Source of the DNA: Nitrospinales bacterium
GTDB lineage: Bacteria; Nitrospinota; Nitrospinia; Nitrospinales; JAJDAT01
NCBI GenBank assembly: GCA_046757665.1
Contig: JBHHYO010000077.1
Coordinates: forward strand, 1-12,253
Direction of reading: 5' to 3'
Length of the DNA: 12,253 nt
Shown here: positions 1-6,945 of the stretch, piece by piece
Layout: every line of letters begins with the position of its first letter
Position numbering within the stretch: the stretch's first letter is position 1
The notes under the pieces: generated by a model
Seen by the model: only the letters and a program-made list of their open reading frames with translations
Database searches by the model: none
What the model was told of the DNA's origin: nothing
Made by a program: the position numbers and the translations under genes

Positions 1-48
1 GACCGGTTTTTGGCCTGTTCCGTTCCGTAGCAATTTTCCGCTTGCCGT

Positions 49-2439
49 TTACAAATTTTCTTCCGGTTCCAGGCCGGATGAGCCGATGGGGTAATCCGGC
101 AGGTTGCGGGTCAGGAAGACCTCGAACTTGGCCTTGGGATCGGCGAAGTTGACGACCTTGCCGGTTTCGGGATCGATTTTCAGGAAAACGACGTCGTCGG
201 GGATGGGGAAGTTTTTTATCGGGGCGTCCCGGAGGGCGGCTTTCATGTATTGCAACCAGATGGGAATGGCCGCCCGGGACCCCGTTTCGTTGCGTCCCAG
301 GGATTCATCCTTATCGTTGCCCACCCACACTCCGGTGGCCAGTTCCGGCGTGTACCCCATGAACCAGGCGTCGACGAAGTTGTTGGTCGTTCCGGTTTTG
401 CCGGCGACGGGCCGTCCGAGCGCCCGGACTTTTTTCCCCGTGCCCTCCCGGACGACGCTTTGCAACAGGCTGGTCAGCGTATAAGCGACGCCGGGCGGAA
501 CGATTTGGCTGACTTCCGGTTCGTGCGTGTAAAGAATGTTGCCATTACGGTCCTCGATGAAACGGACGGCGGAGGGTTTGGCGCGGACGCCGAGGTTGGC
601 AAGAATGGCGTAGGCGGATGTCAACTCGAACAGGCTGACCCCGGAGGAACCCAGCGCGATGGAAAGGTTTTCTTCAAGTGGACTGGAAATTCCCAGGCCG
701 CGGGCAATCTCAATGGCCTTCTGCACACCGATGTCCCGCAGGAGCTTGATGGTGACGACGTTCCGCGAATGAGTGATGGCGGTGCGCAGGGACGTGGGGC
801 CGTAAAACTTTTCCTCGAAGTTGACGGGTTTCCATTTGTCAAAGGTGAACTCGGTTTCCTTGAAAATCAGCGGCGAGTCGATAATGATGCTTGCCGGCGT
901 GAATCCCTCGTTGATGGCGGCCGTGTAGATGATCGGTTTGAACGCGGAACCCGGCTGGCGAACCGATTGCCAGGCGCGGTTGAACTGGCTTTTTGAATAG
1001 TCGTATCCCCCGATCATTGCCTTGATGTGACCCGTTCGCGGGTCCAGGCTCAACAGGCTGGCTTCCACTTCCGGCTCTTGTTCCAGCCCCAGGGACCAGG
1101 TGAAATCGTCGTGGGTGCCGATGACCTTAACTTCGATGATGTCTCCGGCGGACAAGGCTTCGTCCGGACTCTTGATCCTTGCCCACCGCCCGTCGAGCTT
1201 GACGTTCGGTTGGCGTGCCCAGCGCATATTTTTCAATTTGAGGATGCCTTCGTTCTCTCCCAACTGGACGCGCACGTCACGCGAACCGACTTCCAGAACC
1301 ACGCCCTTGACAATATCGCCGATTTCCGGCGTCTGCCCGTCCTTGAAATTGTTGATTGCCATGACTTCTTTTTGTATGGCGGACAGGTCCCGGTTGATAT
1401 CAACGTGGCCGATCGGTCCCCGGTAGCCGTAGCGTTTGTCGGCCACGCGGAGATTGTGGCGGACGGCTTTTTGGGCGGCGAGCTGATAATTGATGTTCAG
1501 GGTGGTGTGCACCTTGAGTCCCGCCCGGTACAGCTTTGAGCTTCCGTAGGTGTCTTCGAGAAACTGGCGAATGTATTCGACGAAATAGGGCGCCTTGTTC
1601 AGCCGGTCGGCGATTTGCCCCAGTTTGATTTCGGATTTCATGGCCTGCTTCATTTGCGCCTGGGAGATGAAGTTGTTGCGCGCCATGTTGAGGATGGCGT
1701 GGTTGCGCCTTCTCTTTGCTTTTGCAGGATTGCGGTAGGGCGAATAGGAGTTGGGGGCCTTGGGCAGGCCGGCGATCATGGCGCATTCGGCGATGTCCAG
1801 CTCATTGACGTGCTTGCCGAAATAGGTGCGCGCCGCCGCCTCTACGCCATAAGCGCCGTGACCGTAATAAATCTGGTTGAGGTACATCTCCAGGATGTCT
1901 TTTTTGCTGAAGATCCTTTCAAGGCGGATGGCGAGGATGGCCTCGCGGATTTTTCGTTCGATGTTCTTTGCGCGTGACAGAAACAGCGTTTTGGAGAGTT
2001 GCTGGGTGATGGTGCTACCGCCCTCGACAATGCGTCCGGCTTTGAAGTTGGTGATCATGGCCCGGAAAATGGCCTTGAGATCGATGCCGGGATGTCTGTA
2101 AAAATTGGCGTCCTCCACCGCCAGCGTGGCTTGTTGCAGTTGTTTGGGGATTTTCTCCAGCGGTACGAGGATTCTTTTTTCGATATAAAATTCGGCGATC
2201 AACTCGTCGTTGTCGGAAAAAATTTGCGTGATGGTGCTGGGTTCGTAGGTTTTCAGGGTGCTGACGTCGGGCAGGTCCTTGGAATAATGGTAAAAGATAT
2301 AGGCCGCGCCGGCGAATCCGGTCAGCAGGCACATCAGGAAAAACCCGAAACAGGCGGTGAACAGGTTTTTCAGCAGGGAGCTTTTCTTTTTTTTCCTGCG
2401 GAGTTTTTTCCGTCGGGGTCTTTTTTCCGTTGCGCTCAT
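49..2439 (-). CDS. mrcA: Class A penicillin-binding protein 1A (bifunctional transglycosylase/transpeptidase)
   Basis: 796 aa. Basic cytoplasmic N-terminus and one TM helix; GT51 motifs EDANFYRHPG, GGSTITQQL, RKIRE, YLNQIYYG; OB-like insert; transpeptidase motifs SAFK (SxxK), SRN (SxN) and KTGT. Confidence 0.96.
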   Translation of the reverse strand: MSATEKRPRRKKLRRKKKKSSLLKNLFTACFGFFLMCLLTGFAGAAYIFYHYSKDLPDVSTLKTYEPSTITQIFSDNDELIAEFYIEKRILVPLEKIPKQLQQATLAVEDANFYRHPGIDLKAIFRAMITNFKAGRIVEGGSTITQQLSKTLFLSRAKNIERKIREAILAIRLERIFSKKDILEMYLNQIYYGHGAYGVEAAARTYFGKHVNELDIAECAMIAGLPKAPNSYSPYRNPAKAKRRRNHAILNMARNNFISQAQMKQAMKSEIKLGQIADRLNKAPYFVEYIRQFLEDTYGSSKLYRAGLKVHTTLNINYQLAAQKAVRHNLRVADKRYGYRGPIGHVDINRDLSAIQKEVMAINNFKDGQTPEIGDIVKGVVLEVGSRDVRVQLGENEGILKLKNMRWARQPNVKLDGRWARIKSPDEALSAGDIIEVKVIGTHDDFTWSLGLEQEPEVEASLLSLDPRTGHIKAMIGGYDYSKSQFNRAWQSVRQPGSAFKPIIYTAAINEGFTPASIIIDSPLIFKETEFTFDKWKPVNFEEKFYGPTSLRTAITHSRNVVTIKLLRDIGVQKAIEIARGLGISSPLEENLSIALGSSGVSLFELTSAYAILANLGVRAKPSAVRFIEDRNGNILYTHEPEVSQIVPPGVAYTLTSLLQSVVREGTGKKVRALGRPVAGKTGTTNNFVDAWFMGYTPELATGVWVGNDKDESLGRNETGSRAAIPIWLQYMKAALRDAPIKNFPIPDDVVFLKIDPETGKVVNFADPKAKFEVFLTRNLPDYPIGSSGLEPEENL

Positions 2440-2480
2440 TTTTTTGAGGTCGGTTTGGACGACCGGTTTGCGCCTCGCGG

Positions 2481-2507
2481 AGCCCCCGGAGGCAACTGCC
2501 GGGGGTT
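2481..2507. other. GC-rich intergenic hairpin between the DUF5069-like gene and PBP1A
   Basis: CCCCCGG (2483-2489) pairs with CCGGGGG (2499-2505), directly after the minus-strand TAA at 2507-2509. No U-tract follows on the minus strand, so it is not a classical intrinsic terminator. Confidence 0.4.
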
Positions 2508-2920
2508 TAGAGGCGGCCTTCTTCCAGGTCGATCAGGTCCACCCAGGTTTGAATGTCCGTTCTGGAGGGGTCGATAGCGTCGCGAAGTTCCAGAAATTTT
2601 TCCTTTTTTTCTTGCGTGTCGGGTTTCCGCCCGAGAATTTCCCGGTTGATCGACTGCTTTTCCTCCACGGCGCGGTCACGGATTTTTTCCTCAACCCAGC
2701 AGGCGAGGGAATCGTCCTCCTTGTCCTCCGCCCGTTGGGCGAACTCCTCTGCCGTCACGTCGAGGAAATTGAGGATGATGTTATCGAGAGGGCAGGGGAA
2801 GATGTATTCTCCCAAAGTCCCGGCGTTACGCGCCCGGGCTTTATCGATCATTCGCGGAATGTGAACCAGTCCGGCCAGGGTCTCTTTTGGACTGCGCGGA
2901 AACGTTTTTGTCAGGTTCAT
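2507..2920 (-). CDS. DUF5069-like domain protein
   Basis: From ATG 2920: MNLTKTFPRSPKETLAGLVHIPRMIDKARA...GTLGEYIFPCPLD..LNFL, matching my recollection of the DUF5069 signature (PRSP, PRMIDKARA, GEY, CPLD). 137 aa. An alternative ATG at 2971 has TAAGGA upstream. The track's TTG 3097 start lies inside a repeat. Confidence 0.8.
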   Translation of the reverse strand: MNLTKTFPRSPKETLAGLVHIPRMIDKARARNAGTLGEYIFPCPLDNIILNFLDVTAEEFAQRAEDKEDDSLACWVEEKIRDRAVEEKQSINREILGRKPDTQEKKEKFLELRDAIDPSRTDIQTWVDLIDLEEGRL

Positions 2921-2996
2921 GGGATTGCTCAAAAGGTTAGGCGAGCCGGGTTTCGATAGAGACCTTTGCATAACTCGAGATTCCTTAACCCCCAGT

Positions 2997-3101
2997 GTCA
3001 TCGCGAGCCGCCACCGCCGGCGTGGCGATCCAGCCGGGCCACGCCCGGTGGGAATGGGTCCTTTCTGGATTGCTTCGTCGGCGTCGTCTCCTCGCAATGA
3101 C
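2997..3101. repeat. CGTC-type REP / RPE-like palindromic element (about 105 bp)
   Basis: Outer arms GTCATCGCGAG (2997-3007) and CTCGCAATGAC (3091-3101), 10/11 complementary. Inner arms GCGATCCAG (3025-3033) and CTGGATTGC (3065-3073). Internal hairpin CCGGGC-cac-GCCCGG (3034-3048). Follows the known GTCATTGCGAG...GCAATC...GATTGCTTCG...CTCGCAATGAC repeat pattern. Confidence 0.85.
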
Positions 3102-3144
3102 GATCAAACAAGGATACTTATGCAAAACTCTCGTTCCGATAGGG

Positions 3145-3200
3145 CCGAAAAGCGCCGGAACAATCAATCAGTGTTGATTGACTGATCCGGCGCCTTCCGG
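3145..3200 (-). promoter_or_regulatory. Long mRNA hairpin covering the 3' end and stop codon of the ArfA-like ORF (candidate RNase III site)
   Basis: Minus strand: CCGGAAGGCGCCGGATCAGTCAATCA-acac-TGATTGATTGTTCCGGCGCTTTTCGG. 26-position stem with 22 Watson-Crick pairs, 3 G-U pairs and 1 U-U mismatch; 4-nt loop. The TGA stop is the first 3 nt of the 3' arm. Confidence 0.75.
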
Positions 3201-3344
3201 TTCCACTTTTTTCCCTTCGGTTCTCTTGTAGGTTTTTTTGGATTCCACGACCCGCTTGCGGAATTTCGGGTCGGACAAATTTTGGGCCACGGGATTATTT
3301 TCCCGGACCATTTTCCAGTTGGGTTTCGGTTTTTTTTGAGTCAC
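3168..3344 (-). CDS. Small basic protein resembling alternative ribosome rescue factor ArfA (58 aa; absent from the ORF track)
   Basis: Hand translation from GTG 3344: MTQKKPKPNWKMVRENNPVAQNLSDPKFRKRVVESKKTYKRTEGKKVEPEGAGSVNQH*. Strong SD AAGGAG (3355-3350) 5 nt upstream. Core NPVAQNLSDPKFRKRVVESKKTYKR aligns by eye with E. coli ArfA [28 protein letters not shown] (recalled sequence). Confidence 0.72.
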   Translation of the reverse strand: MTQKKPKPNWKMVRENNPVAQNLSDPKFRKRVVESKKTYKRTEGKKVEPEGAGSVNQH

Positions 3345-3382
3345 GGCTTCTCCTTTCGGGCGTGAGTGTTTGTAAACGGCGG

Positions 3383-3850
3383 TCAGTCCAGGCGGACCCT
3401 GGACAGCCGCGGAAAATTTTTTGACCGTTCGATGGCGCGTTTGCCCTCGGCGCCGATATGATTGCGAAACAAATCGAGCGTGGACAACTGCGGCAAGGTT
3501 TGCGAGGCGGCCAGATGCCGGGCGCCTGCCTCGCCGATTTCATTGAATTTTAAAACGAGTTGATCCAGCTTTCCCAGGGCCGGGGATTCTGCCAGCGCGC
3601 GGGCGCCCTCGGCGGTGATTTTGTTGGACTTCAAGTTCAGAATCCTCAAGTTGCCCAGATGGGGCGATTGTGCCAGGGCGGCCACGCCGTCATCGCCGAT
3701 TTCGTTGTCCCCCAGCAACAAGGCGGTCAGGTTTGCCGGCAATTCCATTTTAGCAAGTTTCGCGGCGCCTTCGTCACCGATTTTTTTATTCTCCAGGTCC
3801 AGCGTCCCGTCGCCCGCCAGGTTTTCCTGAACCAGTTTTTCAATGTCCAC
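3383..3850 (-). CDS. Small leucine-rich-repeat protein (ribonuclease-inhibitor-like/GALA-type 28-aa repeats)
   Basis: 155 aa, GTG start. About 5 tandem units such as LTALLLGDNEIGDDGVAALAQSPHLGN, LRILNLKSNKITAEGARALAESPALGK, LDQLVLKFNEIGEAGARHLAASQTLPQ, LSTLDLFRNHIGAEG. Confidence 0.9.
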   Translation of the reverse strand: MDIEKLVQENLAGDGTLDLENKKIGDEGAAKLAKMELPANLTALLLGDNEIGDDGVAALAQSPHLGNLRILNLKSNKITAEGARALAESPALGKLDQLVLKFNEIGEAGARHLAASQTLPQLSTLDLFRNHIGAEGKRAIERSKNFPRLSRVRLD

Positions 3851-4050
3851 GGATTTGCCCTCGATTTAGGAGCTTGCAGTGTAATTAATTTTTAAAGGCG
3901 GATCAAGGCGCGGTGGAAAAGAACAACAATGGGGACGCGGCCAAGCAGGGTTTTATAGCGGAAATTGATATTTTCAAAGCTCAATGAACATGGTATATTT
4001 AAATTTACAAAATTCAAGCCTGAAATTCGCTAATTTTCCAGGGGGTTGAC

Positions 4051-4407
4051 ATGAGAAAAATTCTGATGATTCTGGCCGTGTTGTTTTTTGTTTCTTCCTT
4101 GACGGCTTTTGCCGGCAACGAAGGCCCGATGCATTTCCCGAAAGGAGCCAATGCCGAGGCCAACATGCATAACGAAGAAGGTATCGCCGCATGGAACAAA
4201 GGCGATATCGAGGGCGCGCTGATGCATTTTCAGGCGGCGTCGAAAATCGACGGCAGTATCGGCGAATCCCATTTTAACGAGGCGGTTTGCCTCGACAAGC
4301 TGGGCCGGCACGGCCTCGCGGCAATGCACTTCAAGGCCGCCAAATCAAACGCCCACGGCAACAGTAAAATTTTGAATTCCCCGATCCTCAACGCGCATCT
4401 GCACTGA
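4051..4407 (+). CDS. Secreted TPR-repeat protein, Met/His-rich
   Basis: 118 aa. Sec signal peptide MRKILMILAVLFFVSSLTAFA|G; two TPR-like units (HNEEGIAAWNKGDIEGALMHFQAASKID and HFNEAVCLDKLGRHGLAAMHFKAA). SD-like AGGGGG at 4040-4045. Confidence 0.8.
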   Translation: MRKILMILAVLFFVSSLTAFAGNEGPMHFPKGANAEANMHNEEGIAAWNKGDIEGALMHFQAASKIDGSIGESHFNEAVCLDKLGRHGLAAMHFKAAKSNAHGNSKILNSPILNAHLH

Positions 4408-4440
4408 GGATCCGCACCAGATCGACCCGGGGAACGTCGA

Positions 4441-4467
4441 CGCGCCTCGAGCGGACGGCGCGCTTTT
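4441..4467 (+). terminator. Possible weak intrinsic terminator of the TPR gene
   Basis: CGCGCC (4441-4446) pairs with GGCGCG (4457-4462), followed by C and TTTT, about 35 nt after the stop codon. Confidence 0.35.
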
Positions 4468-4680
4468 ACAATCGGTTTTGCCTTGTGGCTGGATACGGGA
4501 AAAATCCGCCGGTCTCCGAACTCCTCGCCGCGAACCTTTAAAGGCGTTTCGCGCATCTTATTAACAGGGACAAAGAAAGCATTTACAGTTTAAACGTTTT
4601 CTTCGGAGACCAAAAATCAGCTCTTTGCCTGTAGTGGTTGTGGGCGGATGCCAGACCTGAAAAACGATTGAGTTACAAGA

Positions 4681-4728
4681 CAACGGAAAAGCCTATCTCC
4701 ACTTCAGGGGAGATAGGCTTTTTTGTTG
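4681..4728 (+). terminator. Strong Rho-independent terminator
   Basis: Perfect 10-bp stem GCCTATCTCC (4691-4700) / GGAGATAGGC (4709-4718), 8-nt loop, then T6 (4719-4724). Extendable to 20 bp via CAACGGAAAA / TTTTTTGTTG with two G-U pairs on the plus strand. Confidence 0.88.
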
Positions 4729-4888
4729 GCTGGGGTTTGTAACAGAAATTTTCTTGCAGAGAAATGTTGGCGATGAGGTCGTCAAAAAAACATCGAATAC
4801 CGTGTGAAAACCCGGTTGGCCCAAAAAAGATAATTTCGGGCCAGTACGAGAAATATGTGCCGCCCTAGCCTGACGGGGGGTGATTGTC

Positions 4889-5350
4889 ATGAAATGTTTC
4901 TTTGCCGGAGTGGTGTTTGTCGTTGCTTTCTTCTGCAATGCGCCTGCCGCGGCGGGTATGCCCTATCTTGCCGCCGAGCCCGCCTTAAACCAGCAGTTGG
5001 ACTGGAACCTGATGCCGAACGGTCTGCTGTGCGTCGATTATGACCGGGACGGCAACGGCAAAGCGGATTTTCATACCCTGCGGATAGTCGTTCGGGCTTT
5101 TTATTCCCTTGATACAATCTATACGGTCACTAAAAACAATCCCCGCAACCTGATCTTTTTCGTGGGCAACGCCAAGGTGAAGTTCTATTACGTGGCGGTG
5201 CTGGCGCCGCTCCTCTACGCGATTGACATCAATGAAGACGGCCATTGGGATTTGATCTACAAGGATGTTTCCCAGGATGGGGTGAACGGCAACGAACAGT
5301 TTTATGACAGCCCATCCGGAATGTTTGCTCCGAATATCCAGTATTTTTGA
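4889..5350 (+). CDS. Exported hypothetical protein with Dx[DN]xDG-type putative Ca2+-binding loops
   Basis: 153 aa from ATG 4889 (GGGGGTG upstream). Signal-like MKCFFAGVVFVVAFFCNAPAAA; motifs DRDGNGKAD, DINEDGHWD and DVSQDGVNGNE. Confidence 0.72.
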   Translation: MKCFFAGVVFVVAFFCNAPAAAGMPYLAAEPALNQQLDWNLMPNGLLCVDYDRDGNGKADFHTLRIVVRAFYSLDTIYTVTKNNPRNLIFFVGNAKVKFYYVAVLAPLLYAIDINEDGHWDLIYKDVSQDGVNGNEQFYDSPSGMFAPNIQYF

Positions 5351-5481
5351 AATGGGGTCCTCCGGACGAAAAAGCAACAAGCAGGGAAAAGTTTTACCAT
5401 TATTCAGTGGCTTCTTCCCGGGTTTTTGCTAAACTGAAGGGCAATGGATCTTGTTATTAAGTTGAAGGGGGGACGCAGACA

Positions 5482-5886
5482 ATGATGGGTATTGGTTTTC
5501 CGGAATTGATGATCATTCTGGTCATCATCATGATTATATTCGGCGCGGGCAAGCTTCCGCAAATCGGTAGCGCCTTCGGCAACAGCATCAAAAATTTCAA
5601 ACGCTCCATGAAGGAAGCGGAAGAGGTGCCTCTGGAATCCGCCGACGCCACAGGCGCCGACGCCACGTCCGCCGCTCCGGAAGACGCGAAACAGGCCGGC
5701 GTCAAGAAGAAAGAGGAAGAGTTGATCGACGAGGCCGCCGCCGAGGTCGAGAAAAACCGCATCGGCACCATAACCACCCGGCATGACGGCCTGGTGCAGG
5801 AGGGGGACGTGTTCACCGAATCGGTGAAGAAAACTCCTTTCGGCATGAAATCGACGGACCGCGGCGTTTCCCGCGATGTGCTTTAG
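5482..5886 (+). CDS. tatA: Twin-arginine translocase TatA/TatE family subunit with a long C-terminal tail
   Basis: MMGIGFPELMIILVIIMIIFGAGKLPQIGSAFGNSIKNFKRSM: TM helix, FGxxKLP hinge and amphipathic helix ending in FK. SD-like AAGGGGGGA upstream. 134 aa. Confidence 0.93.
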   Translation: MMGIGFPELMIILVIIMIIFGAGKLPQIGSAFGNSIKNFKRSMKEAEEVPLESADATGADATSAAPEDAKQAGVKKKEEELIDEAAAEVEKNRIGTITTRHDGLVQEGDVFTESVKKTPFGMKSTDRGVSRDVL

Positions 5887-6863
5887 TCGTTAGCCGGGCG
5901 GGCCACGCCCGTCCCCAGCATCAATCCCACGCCCACCCAGGTCAGGTCCTTGATCCGGCGCACCAGCGAGACGGTCAGGCCCAGGTCCGGGGTCATCCCC
6001 ATCGCCACGAAAATAACCACCAGCCCGCTTTCCTGCGCTCCGATACTCAAGGGAATAAAAAAGCTTCCGGCGCGAATCAGTTGCAGGAGCGCCTCGATAA
6101 TCCACAAGTCCGTGAAGCCCAAGGGATGCCCCAGCGCCCAGAGGATAACGTAAAGCTCAAGGATTCCAAAAACCCATCCCAACACCATATAACCGATCGA
6201 TTTCCCGCACCGGTCCGGGTATTCGCGGTAATACTCCGACATGTTCTGGCTGAGGATTTCCAAATGGTCGAGGGAGTTTTTTATCGCCTGGCCGAAGGGG
6301 AGTTTGGAAAACCAGCCGGCGAGAACATTCAACCCGCCCTTGATCTGGAACAGCAGGAACAAAAGGATCAAGGTGGAAAAAATCACCAGCCCCAGCAGGC
6401 TGGTGTGTTTGAAGGTGTCGGTGACGACGCTGGAACTGAAGATCAAAACCGTTCCGCCGATCAAAAAAACGGTGAGTCCCATGAGGTTGGTGGTGCGCGT
6501 GACCACGCCGGCGGCCAGGCCTTGCTTCAAACTCAGCGCGTGGTGTTCTTTCAGCAATTGGGCTTTTACCGGTTCGCCGCCCACGGTGCCCAGGGGAGTG
6601 ATGGTATTGAAGGCTTCGCCGATTTGCCGGATTCGCCACATCCGCCACAGCGGGACCGAGGCGATTTCCCGCGGCGGAAAGGTCAATTTCCAGGCGATGG
6701 TATGCGCGACGGTGACCAGGAAGAAGGGCAGGAGGACCACGATAAACCGGTAGCCCGTTGCGGTTATCAAATGGCCCACGGATGCCGGGTCAACTTTTTT
6801 GAAAGCCCAGATCAACAGGAGGACTCCCATGAGCCAGAACAGCGGCTTTACATATTTCATCAT
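5883..6863 (-). CDS. Lysylphosphatidylglycerol-synthase-TM / flippase-like (UPF0104) membrane protein
   Basis: 326 aa with about 7-8 hydrophobic segments; family motifs NTITPLGTVGGEPVKA and FIPLSIGAQE. Convergent with tatA; the two CDS ends, including their stop codons, overlap within 5883-5886. Confidence 0.85.
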   Translation of the reverse strand: MMKYVKPLFWLMGVLLLIWAFKKVDPASVGHLITATGYRFIVVLLPFFLVTVAHTIAWKLTFPPREIASVPLWRMWRIRQIGEAFNTITPLGTVGGEPVKAQLLKEHHALSLKQGLAAGVVTRTTNLMGLTVFLIGGTVLIFSSSVVTDTFKHTSLLGLVIFSTLILLFLLFQIKGGLNVLAGWFSKLPFGQAIKNSLDHLEILSQNMSEYYREYPDRCGKSIGYMVLGWVFGILELYVILWALGHPLGFTDLWIIEALLQLIRAGSFFIPLSIGAQESGLVVIFVAMGMTPDLGLTVSLVRRIKDLTWVGVGLMLGTGVARPAND

Positions 6864-6945
6864 GGCGTCCGGAAAAGAAGTGGGGGAAAATCGGCGGCGT
6901 TGAGGCCGCGGGGTGGTTGGAAACGGAGCGTTGCGGGCAGACGGG

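Noticed and set aside
2921-3097. 59-aa N-terminal extension of the DUF5069-like ORF (in-frame RPE-type insertion)
   Set aside because: The TTG start lies inside the palindromic repeat with an in-frame TGA just upstream (3106-3104) and no SD; the recognisable domain begins at ATG 2920.
2985-3167. 60-aa ORF in frame immediately after the ArfA-like TGA (possible readthrough or Sec extension)
   Set aside because: Most of it is translation of the repeat element (VIARR...WIATP...ARDD). The TGA sits within the stem rather than upstream of a SECIS-like hairpin, and nothing suggests a redox Sec context.
4625-4660. Mini-ORF TTG-CCT-GTA-GTG-GTT-GTG... (MPVVVVGGCQT) resembling a Val-rich ilv attenuator leader before the terminator
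   Set aside because: TTG start with a poorly spaced SD, only about 5 bp of possible antiterminator pairing, and no branched-chain amino acid gene downstream.
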